A stretch of 32,176 bases of DNA from Candidatus Latescibacterota bacterium (GTDB lineage: Bacteria > Krumholzibacteriota > Krumholzibacteriia > Krumholzibacteriales > WJIX01): assembly GCA_030643145.1 (NCBI GenBank), contig DAOWMJ010000002.1, positions 1 through 32,176 on the forward strand, given 5' to 3'. Both the position numbers and the translations under genes were made by a program. The notes beneath the pieces are model-generated. The model made no database searches and had not been told where the DNA came from. It saw only the letters and a program-made list of their open reading frames with translations. The stretch's first letter is position 1. Every line of letters starts with the position of its first letter. Of this stretch, positions 17,518-25,778 are shown one piece after another.

Positions 17518-18462
17518 ATGTCAAAGTATCTTGTGACAGGCGGGGCAGGTTTTATAGGTTCAAATATTGTGGAAGAGCTGGTTTGCCTCGGGGAAGAGGT
17601 CGTGGTACTGGATAATCTCTCAACCGGATTTAGAGAAAATATAGAGCCGTTTCTTGAGAATATAAGATTTATTAATGGAGATATCAGAGATAATGAAGTT
17701 GTTAAAAAAGCGATGATAAATGTGGATTATGTTCTTCATCAAGCCGCTCTTGCATCGGTCCCGAGGAGTATAGATGATCCGTTATTCGTTAACGATGTAA
17801 ATGTAAATGGGACCATGAATATTTTGGAAGAGGCCAGAAAAGCCGGTGTAAAATGTCTGGTTTACGCGGCTTCTTCGTCCGCATATGGCGATTCGGATTT
17901 TTCTCCTAAGAGAGAAAATCTCAGCCCCTCTCCGCTTTCTCCCTATGCGGTGAGTAAATTAGTGGGGGAACACTATTGCTCAGTTTATTCTAATATTTTT
18001 GGACTTCCTACCGTAAGTTTAAGATATTTTAATGTTTTTGGACCTCGTCAGGATCCAAAATCACAATATGCCGCGGTTGTTCCAATATTTATTTCAAAAT
18101 TGCTTAACAAAAACAGACCCGAGATTTTCGGAGATGGAGAGCAGAGTAGAGATTTTACTTATGTAAAAAATGTTGTAAATGCCAACCTGCTTGCTTCTAA
18201 ATCTGCAGACTCCGCGGCTGGAGAAATGATGAATGTAGCCTGCGGAAGTGAATATACAGTCAACGAGCTGCTTAAATATATCAAAACACATCTCGGAAGC
18301 GATGTTGACCCAAAGTATTCCGATACAAGGGCTGGAGATGTTAAACATTCTCTTGCTGATATATCTAAAGCAAAGAAACTTATTGATTATTCAATAGAAG
18401 TATCATTTGAGGAAGGTATATCGAAAACAGTTGAATGGTACAAACAGAAAATGGATCACTGA
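17518..18462 (+). CDS. NAD-dependent sugar-nucleotide 4-epimerase, extended SDR (WbpP/TviC-like UDP-HexNAc(A) epimerase family)
   Basis: Motifs TGGAGFIGSN (Rossmann), ASSSAYG, the catalytic pair SPYAVSK, RDFTYVKNVVNANLLA and GDVKHSLADISKAKKLIDY are present. A GGAGG RBS precedes the start. Confidence 0.88.
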   Translation: MSKYLVTGGAGFIGSNIVEELVCLGEEVVVLDNLSTGFRENIEPFLENIRFINGDIRDNEVVKKAMINVDYVLHQAALASVPRSIDDPLFVNDVNVNGTMNILEEARKAGVKCLVYAASSSAYGDSDFSPKRENLSPSPLSPYAVSKLVGEHYCSVYSNIFGLPTVSLRYFNVFGPRQDPKSQYAAVVPIFISKLLNKNRPEIFGDGEQSRDFTYVKNVVNANLLASKSADSAAGEMMNVACGSEYTVNELLKYIKTHLGSDVDPKYSDTRAGDVKHSLADISKAKKLIDYSIEVSFEEGISKTVEWYKQKMDH

Positions 18463-18523
18463 AATCATGATGAACATCTGTTTTAACAAACCAGGGTTTT
18501 AATTAAAGAAACGGGCGGTATAA

Positions 18524-19474
18524 ATGCGTGCGAGTTTTGTTAAATTTATTGCCAATACTGTTTTTCTTGTACTCCTATTCAGTCTTTTAGGCGTTCAGCA
18601 GATTCAATCGCAGCAAATCCGATTAAGGGTTGGAGATAAACTAGAATTGAAAGTCCAAGAACGCCAAGAGCTTGACAGACAGCTCGAAATTAATAATAAA
18701 GGCGAGGTCTTAATACCGGTTGTAGGCGCAATTCAACTTATGGGATTACGCCTTCTGGAAGCCGAAACTTTAATACTGGAAGAACTAAAAAGGGTTTATC
18801 CCAGCATTTCCAGAATTAATCTTTCCCTATATGGGGAAGAATCAAAAAGGCTGATTTATGTCCAGGGTGAAGTTATGCAGCCCGGCAGATATGAGTTTGC
18901 CGAGGAACCAAATGTTTGGGAAGCAATTAGAGAGGCGGGAGGAGCGACTCCAAGAGCGTTACTTGAGGCTGTCAGAATAATTCAGGGAGAGGGTGACGAG
19001 CAAAGAACGTATCTCGTGGATCTTCAAAGAATAATAAACGACGGGAACTTTGATTCATTATCGAAATTAAAGGCTGGAGATACTGTTCTTATTCCGGAAA
19101 GGACGGCTCAAGTAAGCGCGGAGGGAAATATAAAAATAATGGGCGCTGTGGTGAGGCCAGGTTCTTATAACTTAACCGGCATTAACAGGCTTGAAGATAT
19201 AATACTTGCCGCGGGAGGAGTATCCGACAATTGCAATTTGAAAGAAATTCAAATTATTCGCAAGATGCCCGGAGGCAGCGTGATGAAGATAGTAGTGAAT
19301 TTTGAGAAATATCTCAAGGATGGTCAACTGGACGGAGATCCTGTAATTTATCCTGGCGACCTGATAAATGTGCCCCGTGAAACAAATTTATTTAAAACAA
19401 TATTTACAACTCCAGGATATCTGTTTGCAATGATAACAGTAGGGATAGCGCTAACAAATCTTTTAATTCGATAA
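18524..19474 (+). CDS. Polysaccharide export protein, Wza/OPX family (Poly_export + SLBB domains)
   Basis: There is a signal peptide and the motif LRVGDKLELKV...INNKGEVLIPVVGAIQLMGL. Two SLBB-like units are present (IYVQGEVMQPGRYEF, KAGDTVLIPER; IKIMGAVVRPGSYNL, YPGDLINVPRE). A C-terminal hydrophobic helix resembles the Wza outer-membrane helix. Confidence 0.85.
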   Translation: MRASFVKFIANTVFLVLLFSLLGVQQIQSQQIRLRVGDKLELKVQERQELDRQLEINNKGEVLIPVVGAIQLMGLRLLEAETLILEELKRVYPSISRINLSLYGEESKRLIYVQGEVMQPGRYEFAEEPNVWEAIREAGGATPRALLEAVRIIQGEGDEQRTYLVDLQRIINDGNFDSLSKLKAGDTVLIPERTAQVSAEGNIKIMGAVVRPGSYNLTGINRLEDIILAAGGVSDNCNLKEIQIIRKMPGGSVMKIVVNFEKYLKDGQLDGDPVIYPGDLINVPRETNLFKTIFTTPGYLFAMITVGIALTNLLIR

Positions 19475-19496
19475 CGATAAAAAGGAAGGGAACTGG

Positions 19497-21164
19497 GTGG
19501 AGAATATCAGGAAGATCGTCCCGGACGAAGAAGTAAACAAGGTTGACCTTAAGGGGTATTGGAAGATTATATGGAGAAAAAAATACTACTTAATTGTTCC
19601 CGTATTACTTTCACTGGTTGTATCAGTTATTGGTTCAAGATATTTAACACCTGTATATCAATCGTCGACAGTTCTTTCAATGGAAAGAGAAGGGATATTT
19701 TCAGGTTCTGTTGACAGGTACGTCGCAGATGGAGAGGACAGACAGCGATCAAGGACCAGACAGTTCGCTACTATAATAAATGCCAAACTTAGAAGCAATT
19801 CATTTCTTGGACTCGTTGTTGAGGATTTGGGTCTGATGAATGACGATAATTCAAGAAAGCTAATACGTGATTACGATCAAGAAGAAGCATCCGGAATTTC
19901 TCCGCGGAAAATACTAAAGAGATATCTTATAGGTGTTCTGCGGAACAAAATAACAATATCTTCTCCGGCTCCGGGGCTTTATGAAGTAAGTGTGTTTGAT
20001 ACCGACCCTGACAATTGCTATATTCTCTCAAGGAGGATCAGCGAAAAATATCTGGATGTATTACAGCAGCAAAAATTAACCAGCATACGAAAAGCAGGGG
20101 CTTTTAGCGATGAACAGCTGGCGATCTACAGGGAGAAACTTGAAATATCCGAGAAAGAGCTTGCCAGGATCCAACGTGATATGTTAAACGCTAATTCTCA
20201 TGGCAATCCGGTTAATCCTGGAAACCTCAGCCTTATCGAAGTTAAAAAGAATCATTTAGATACCGAATGTGAAACGAACAAAATCGCACTGAACAGAATA
20301 AGAAATAAATTGGTTTCGATATTCGACATGGTGCCCTCGAGCAAGAAAGTATTGGAAGATGAAGTTGTAATTAATCTTGAAAATAAGTTAAACACAAGAG
20401 GCAGCGAAATAATTCTGATGGAAATTGCCGGTGAAATGGATATTTCCTCACGCCTTGATGAAATTGAGTTGTCGTGGAGAACATTGCAAAAAAGAATTTC
20501 AACAATAATACAGAAAGAATATTCTGATATCTCCTTCGATTATTATCCGGTAATGACAGAGTATTTTTATCAGCTTTGCCGGTTGACTTATTTTAAATCG
20601 ATGAGGAACAATGTGCAGAGCTATATAGAACAATATAAAAATAAGCTTTCCAGGTTGCCTGTACTTGAAATGGAACTTGAGAGGTTGAGGAGGGAAGTGG
20701 AGAATAACACAACCATTCAACAGGCATTTCTTGAATCAAAGGCTTCAGCCCAGATAAGCGAAGCTATACAAAGTACAAATCTTGGATTGAATTTAAATAT
20801 AATTGAAAAGGCGCAAAGACCGATTTCACCTGTAAGACCTAACAAATTGCAAATAATTCTTATGTCCTTAATATTTGGCGGTGCGTGCGGTCTGGGAGCA
20901 ATATTGATTACAGAGTATATGAATGATTCTTTTCGCTCTGTGGAAGAGGTTCAGCGAATTATGGAATTACCTGTTATTTGTACTATTCCAAGAACAATAG
21001 AACATTTTTCTTGGGAAAAGAAGGATTGGGGACGAAAAATATTGATATGGATTATCGGGGTATTCTTCTTTATATCAATAATAAGCGGCGCAATTTATTT
21101 TTATGCTAATACACTTAAGTCATCAGGCCTTGGTATTAAAATAAGTGAAGAATTGAAAAGGTGA
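19497..21164 (+). CDS. Polysaccharide co-polymerase / chain-length determinant (Wzz/GumC-type, kinase-less PCP)
   Basis: 555 aa. The Wzz N-terminal motif (DLKGYWKIIWRKKYYLIVPVLLSLVV) is followed by a long coiled-coil periplasmic region, a second TM (LQIILMSLIFGGACGLGAILI) and an extra C-terminal TM. GTG start. Confidence 0.85.
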   Translation: MENIRKIVPDEEVNKVDLKGYWKIIWRKKYYLIVPVLLSLVVSVIGSRYLTPVYQSSTVLSMEREGIFSGSVDRYVADGEDRQRSRTRQFATIINAKLRSNSFLGLVVEDLGLMNDDNSRKLIRDYDQEEASGISPRKILKRYLIGVLRNKITISSPAPGLYEVSVFDTDPDNCYILSRRISEKYLDVLQQQKLTSIRKAGAFSDEQLAIYREKLEISEKELARIQRDMLNANSHGNPVNPGNLSLIEVKKNHLDTECETNKIALNRIRNKLVSIFDMVPSSKKVLEDEVVINLENKLNTRGSEIILMEIAGEMDISSRLDEIELSWRTLQKRISTIIQKEYSDISFDYYPVMTEYFYQLCRLTYFKSMRNNVQSYIEQYKNKLSRLPVLEMELERLRREVENNTTIQQAFLESKASAQISEAIQSTNLGLNLNIIEKAQRPISPVRPNKLQIILMSLIFGGACGLGAILITEYMNDSFRSVEEVQRIMELPVICTIPRTIEHFSWEKKDWGRKILIWIIGVFFFISIISGAIYFYANTLKSSGLGIKISEELKR

Positions 21165-21874
21165 TGCAGTTGGATGATAAAAAGGATAGAGATATTTTTG
21201 ATATGTTTGATCAGGAGAGTCCGATAGCTACTGAGATGAGGCGGTTATATTCTAACATTCAGACTAATCCGAGTAATAATTCAATTGGCGGATTGATGGT
21301 AACAAGTGCGAACAGGGGAGAAGGTAAAAGTACGGTTGCCTCTCATCTGGCTTTAACAGTTGCCAGGTTTAAGGAGAAAAAATCTTTAATTATAGACGCT
21401 GATCTAAGAAAACCAAGAATACATCAAATCTTTAATGTTGCAAGAAATCCCGGCCTCACGGAATGTTTAGAAGATAACATGGATCCTCTAAAGGTCGTCA
21501 AAGACACAAAAATTGACAATTTAAAGGTAATACCAAGCGGGAGATTGGTTAAATCACCCTCTCACCTTTTTGAAAAGGAGAGACTGAGAGATATTTTCGA
21601 TAAACTAAAATTCTACTACGATATTGTAATTGTTGATAGCCCACCTGTTATACCGGTAAGTGATCCCATGTTGTTATCAGGAGCTGTGGATAAGGTGGTT
21701 ATGGTTGTTCTAGCGGGGAAAACACCACAGAATGTAGCTAAAAGAGCAAGGGATATTCTTTTAGACGCTGACGCTAATATAATTGGAGTAGTTGTTAATA
21801 ATCTCTCTGAAGTTCTACCATACTATTATGATTATAAATATTATGGTTATGAGCATGATTTGGAGAATCAGTGA
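21161..21874 (+). CDS. BY-kinase (CpsD/CapB/EpsG-type tyrosine autokinase)
   Basis: Walker A NRGEGKST, Walker A' LIIDADLRKP and Walker B VIVDSPPV are present. The C-terminal tyrosine cluster is LPYYYDYKYYGYEHD. The start (GTGATG) overlaps the co-polymerase stop. Confidence 0.9.
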   Translation: MMQLDDKKDRDIFDMFDQESPIATEMRRLYSNIQTNPSNNSIGGLMVTSANRGEGKSTVASHLALTVARFKEKKSLIIDADLRKPRIHQIFNVARNPGLTECLEDNMDPLKVVKDTKIDNLKVIPSGRLVKSPSHLFEKERLRDIFDKLKFYYDIVIVDSPPVIPVSDPMLLSGAVDKVVMVVLAGKTPQNVAKRARDILLDADANIIGVVVNNLSEVLPYYYDYKYYGYEHDLENQ

Positions 21875-21929
21875 TATTAAACTGTCGAAATTAGATTAAA
21901 TATTAAATAGGCTGATATGAAGGGAAGCT

Positions 21930-23042
21930 ATGACTCGATTAATCAGGATATTGACCTGCGCCTGTTTCTTTATCGCAGTTTTGCCGGGTGTTGAGACTGG
22001 GGGTGCAATTGCCGCCGGCAAGTCAGACTGTATCCTTTTTTCATCCGATTCAGCTAAAGTAAAACTGCAACTTTATAAGAACTCTACTGTTACATGCAAT
22101 CTTCCATTCAGATTCTGCGATTTTGAGTACAATAAGGAATATGGCGTTTTTCTCTGGGGTGATAAATATGAAAATAGAGAAGGCCGTTTAAAGGTTAATT
22201 CCGATGGTAAAATATTTATATGGGGCGACCGATCAGTAACCTGCTTAAAAAATGGACTCTTGCCAGGGTACGGCACTTATCTTCGAGGGAGGAAGAGGGT
22301 GGCGACTATTGATTTTCTCTCAATTGCCGGTTCAGTATACAAATTATACAGGGAAATGGATGAATACAATGAGTTAAAGGATAAATTTGACAGAATAAAT
22401 AATTCTTTGTCTCAAGTGCTCAAAATTAGCGACAAAAAATATTTGCAGGAAGAAGCGCATAAAACATCGATATATGTTAACCTGCAAAACAAATACAGGA
22501 AAAAGCTTATAATATTTTCTTCGGCTCTTTACGCTTATCAGTTAATTGAGCCGATTTTTATGGATATTCCCCCTGAAATTTATTCTGATTCGAATGAAAA
22601 TAGCATTAAGTTTAAAGCAAGTAACAAAAGTATAACAAAGGCTTTTCTCTATTCATTCCTCAGGCCCGGGAGAGGACAGTTTTATCAGGGTAAAACGATG
22701 AGAGGGGTTTTCTTCTCATCCATGATTATTCTTACCGGCTTTGTAAGTCTCGATCTAAATAACCAATACAATAGAGATGTGGTTGATTACAATCTCTGTA
22801 TGGATAAGTTTAGTTCCGCTTCTACTGTAGAAGATAAGAGGAAATTCGCGGCAAGCGGCTCACTATTGTGGGAAAAGGTAGAAAATTCAAAAGAGAAGCG
22901 AAATAGATCATTTTATATTCTAGCGGGATTATGGGGATGGAATACCATTGATACACTTTTCCCCGGCGATAAATCTGGTTCAAATAGGAATTATTCTCTT
23001 AATGTAACACCACTGGGTTGTGAACTCGCTATCAATTTTTGA
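21930..23042 (+). CDS. Uncharacterised secreted/membrane protein with two tandem DUF5683-like modules
   Basis: 370 aa with a signal peptide and a Cys-containing beta-rich N-terminal region. Module 1 reads LLPGYGTYLRGRKRVATIDFLSIAG...KLIIFSSALYAYQLIEPIF. Module 2 reads FLRPGRGQFYQGKTMRGVFFSSMIILTG...KRNRSFYILAGLWGWNTIDTLF. Both resemble the PGxGQxY...NRxxSxxxxxxxxxxNxxDA pattern that I recall for DUF5683. Confidence 0.5.
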   Translation: MTRLIRILTCACFFIAVLPGVETGGAIAAGKSDCILFSSDSAKVKLQLYKNSTVTCNLPFRFCDFEYNKEYGVFLWGDKYENREGRLKVNSDGKIFIWGDRSVTCLKNGLLPGYGTYLRGRKRVATIDFLSIAGSVYKLYREMDEYNELKDKFDRINNSLSQVLKISDKKYLQEEAHKTSIYVNLQNKYRKKLIIFSSALYAYQLIEPIFMDIPPEIYSDSNENSIKFKASNKSITKAFLYSFLRPGRGQFYQGKTMRGVFFSSMIILTGFVSLDLNNQYNRDVVDYNLCMDKFSSASTVEDKRKFAASGSLLWEKVENSKEKRNRSFYILAGLWGWNTIDTLFPGDKSGSNRNYSLNVTPLGCELAINF

Positions 23043-23059
23043 TTTCCTGGAGGAATAGC

Positions 23060-24613
23060 ATGCATAGAAAATCATTATCTGTTTTTTTAGTTTTAATATT
23101 CAGTCTTTTTACGGTTAGCGGTTGTTTGAATGATATTGAAGAAGTTTCATTGGATATACCCGACGCGGACATCGAAGCCCCGCAAAACATCGGAATTATA
23201 GTAAATGATGGTGAAATAGCCATCTCCTGGGGAGTGGTTATTAATGCGGCATCTTATAAAGTGTACAGAAGAAGATTAGCTGAAGAGGAAATCATTGCTG
23301 AAACAAATGATACATTCTATGTGGACAATAATATAACAAACGGTAATGAATATTATTATTCTGTGGCCAGTGTTGGAAACAGCGGACTGGAAGGAGAGAA
23401 AACCGATTGGGTTTTAGCTGTACCCTCTATTTTTTCATTGTGTATTAATAATGGAGTCCCTTACACAAATTCGGTGAATGTGAATATCTTCTTAACAGCT
23501 CCAGCGTCCACTCGCTTTATGAAAATTTCGAATGACTCAACCTTTGCTGAAGTAAATTGGGAAAGTTTCAGGACATCTAGAGTTTGGACACTTGAACAGA
23601 TCGACGGAGAAAAGCATACATACGCGGTGTTTCAGGACGTTAACGGAAATCAATCATCACCCGTACAAACATCTATAATACTTGATACTTATTCAGCGAT
23701 AACCAATATATCAATTACACCTGACATTTCATTTTACGAAATTGGTGAAATGATTCACTTTGTTATGCATGTTGAGGGGGATGAAGCTGGTGGAGTTGCC
23801 GGTATCTTAATAGAGGGTTATTCGGAAATAGTAAAATTGTATGATAACCAGATGTCCGGAGATAATCTTGCTTTGGATGGAGTCTATGAAAGAGATTTTT
23901 ATCCTCCTACTAATCTCAGAGGTCTTGATCTACTCATTCACGGCAGATTTACAGATAGAGCCGGTAACATGGCGCCTGATTTTGAATCGGAAGAAAGTAT
24001 ATCTTTTCAAGACCCGCCAATGCCGGTTCAGCTTGTAGAGGTCAGTGACTCTACAACGAACAGTATAACTTTGAAATGGATTGTTTCGGTTGAAGAGAAT
24101 TTCAAATTCTACAAGATATACAGGGATACTGCTTCACACAATTCTGTGGACTTCGAAGATGTATCATTTTTAGTGGATGAACTAAGTAATCAAGCACAGA
24201 CAAGTTATCAGGATAACAATTTAATGGAGGGTGAAAAGTACTATTATCGTGTTTATGTGGTAAATGATTTGGATGAAAGTTCCGGAAGTAATGAAATTTC
24301 GGGTTACACCTACGATGCTCTTCCGGAAGCTGTTGTACTTGATACTCTTTCCTCGGTCGGAGCAGATAGAGTCACTTTAACATGGAGCCAGAATCAGGAT
24401 TCAGATTTTCTCGAGTATAGAATTTACAGAAGTAATAGCCCCGGAGTTACGAGTACCCAAAGTGATTTAGTAACAACAATTTATCAAAGAGAAAATAGAT
24501 GGTATGATGATCTTGGACTTGACTTAACAACAGAAAACTGCTACTATAGGGTATATGTGTATGATATGGGTAACAGGTTTAGCAGAAGCAACGAAGTAAC
24601 AACTGCCCAGTAG
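23060..24613 (+). CDS. Lipoprotein with three fibronectin-III-like modules flanking an Ig-like central region
   Basis: ATG 23060 follows GGAGG. The signal and lipobox read MHRKSLSVFLVLIFSLFTVSGC. The W...Y(K/R)(V/I)YR...(E/K/C)YYY(R/S)V signature occurs three times: ISWG..SYKVYRR..EYYYSVASV, LKWI..FYKIYRD..KYYYRVYVV and LTWS..EYRIYRS..CYYRVYVY. Confidence 0.6.
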   Translation: MHRKSLSVFLVLIFSLFTVSGCLNDIEEVSLDIPDADIEAPQNIGIIVNDGEIAISWGVVINAASYKVYRRRLAEEEIIAETNDTFYVDNNITNGNEYYYSVASVGNSGLEGEKTDWVLAVPSIFSLCINNGVPYTNSVNVNIFLTAPASTRFMKISNDSTFAEVNWESFRTSRVWTLEQIDGEKHTYAVFQDVNGNQSSPVQTSIILDTYSAITNISITPDISFYEIGEMIHFVMHVEGDEAGGVAGILIEGYSEIVKLYDNQMSGDNLALDGVYERDFYPPTNLRGLDLLIHGRFTDRAGNMAPDFESEESISFQDPPMPVQLVEVSDSTTNSITLKWIVSVEENFKFYKIYRDTASHNSVDFEDVSFLVDELSNQAQTSYQDNNLMEGEKYYYRVYVVNDLDESSGSNEISGYTYDALPEAVVLDTLSSVGADRVTLTWSQNQDSDFLEYRIYRSNSPGVTSTQSDLVTTIYQRENRWYDDLGLDLTTENCYYRVYVYDMGNRFSRSNEVTTAQ

Positions 24614-24662
24614 AAACATAGGGACAAAAACTGCTGAAATTTTACCAACAAGTTACAATTAT

Positions 24663-24680
24663 ATGGGTATTATTACCCAT
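24663..24680. promoter_or_regulatory. Perfect 7-4-7 palindrome, candidate enhancer (UAS) for a sigma-54 activator
   Basis: The palindrome is ATGGGTA-TTAT-TACCCAT. A third TGGGTA half-site lies at 24688-24693. The palindrome centre is about 138 bp upstream of the -24 GG at 24810, which is within the usual bEBP enhancer distance. Confidence 0.35.
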
Positions 24681-24808
24681 TAAATTGTGGGTAGTATTGC
24701 TATTGAATCGCTGATTAAAAGCAACATTGTTAGTTAACAGATGTGTTTGCTTGTAGATAATGCGTATATCTAATGTCAGTTCTAGCGAAGAGAATGTTAT
24801 TTGTTTTA

Positions 24809-24824
24809 TGGTATAAGAGTTGCT
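24809..24824 (+). promoter_or_regulatory. Sigma-54 (-24/-12) promoter
   Basis: TGGTAT-AAGAG-TTGCT has invariant GG and GC with exact consensus spacing, and TTGCT matches the TTGCW element. It lies 82 nt upstream of ATG 24906 of the sugar transferase gene. Confidence 0.55.
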
Positions 24825-24905
24825 CTTTATATTTGGGATAAATTGATTGTAGTGATTATAACAGGAGAAGTGTTAAAGTTGACGGTTTTTAGAAGATACA
24901 ATAGA

Positions 24906-25682
24906 ATGTTTGCAAGAACGAATAGCAATCAGGGAAGACAGATCGATCCTTACAGGGATGATGTCACTATTCTAAAAAGAGAGATTGAGAATAGGAATCC
25001 TATACTTGACTCAGATTATCCTGTTAAAAGAGGTTTCGATATCGTTGTTTCGATTATTGCTATCAGCTTGCTGTCGCCGGTTTTGCTTATAGTCGCCCTA
25101 CTTATAAAACTAGAATCAAGAGGCTCTATTTTTTATAATCAGGAAAGAATCGGACTTAACAGGAGAGTCGGTGATAGAAGAAAAAGTATAAGTAACAGTG
25201 GAACCGACAGACGGTTGGAAATGAATAGAAGAAATATGACAGGTTATGGTAAACCATTTATTATGTATAAATTAAGAACAATGAAGCAGAATTCTGAAAA
25301 GTCGGGGCCGGTTCTCGCCCAGGAGAATGATTCCAGAGTTACAAGAATTGGAAGGGTTCTACGTAGAACCAGGATTGATGAAATCCCACAATTTATCAAT
25401 GTAATAAAGGGAGATATGAGTTTAATAGGCCCCAGACCTGAGAGGTCATTTTATATAAAAAGTATACAGGAGGAGCTTCCTGAATTTAGTTTAAGATTAA
25501 AAGCAAAACCCGGAATAACAGGATTAGCTCAGGTTGAATCCGGATACGCTAATTCAGTTGCTTTAATGAAGAAAAAACTTATATATGATTTGCGTTACAT
25601 ATCAAGCCTTTCTTTGCTGAAAGAAGCACAAATTATTCTAAAAACCTTTTCCGTGATAATAACGGGAAAGGGAGCTTATTAA
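24906..25682 (+). CDS. Polyprenyl-phosphate sugar-1-phosphate transferase (bacterial sugar transferase family, priming enzyme)
   Basis: The re-entrant helix region KRGFDIVVSIIAISLLSPVLLIVALLIKLESRGSIFYNQERIG is present, as are YKLRTM, DSRVTRIGRVLRRTRIDEIPQFINVIKGDMSLIGPRPE and PGITGLAQV. The ORF-track TTG start at 24801 would place the sigma-54 promoter inside the CDS, so ATG 24906 is preferred. Confidence 0.88.
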   Translation: MFARTNSNQGRQIDPYRDDVTILKREIENRNPILDSDYPVKRGFDIVVSIIAISLLSPVLLIVALLIKLESRGSIFYNQERIGLNRRVGDRRKSISNSGTDRRLEMNRRNMTGYGKPFIMYKLRTMKQNSEKSGPVLAQENDSRVTRIGRVLRRTRIDEIPQFINVIKGDMSLIGPRPERSFYIKSIQEELPEFSLRLKAKPGITGLAQVESGYANSVALMKKKLIYDLRYISSLSLLKEAQIILKTFSVIITGKGAY

Positions 25683-25778
25683 GTTCTTTTCTTTTTGAGC
25701 CAATAATTTATAATAGATATCGATAGTTTTTTGCGCTGAAAAGTGTAAAAGCCTTTCTAGCTTTACGCGAGGATCCGT

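Noticed and set aside
23015-23030. GG-N10-GC match (gGGTTGTGAACTCGCt) just upstream of the FN3 lipoprotein gene.
   Set aside because: Only the two invariant dinucleotides fit. The flanking consensus (TGGCAC, TTGC) is poor, and it lies inside the preceding CDS. Such minimal matches are expected by chance.
24801-24905. ORF-track N-terminal extensions: sugar transferase from TTG 24801, FN3 protein from 23039, LptE-like from 29219 and RecN from 13894.
   Set aside because: The extensions are non-conserved. They would bury the sigma-54 promoter, precede better RBS/ATG combinations, or precede obvious signal-peptide or lipobox starts. They also create long overlaps with upstream genes. Internal starts are preferred.
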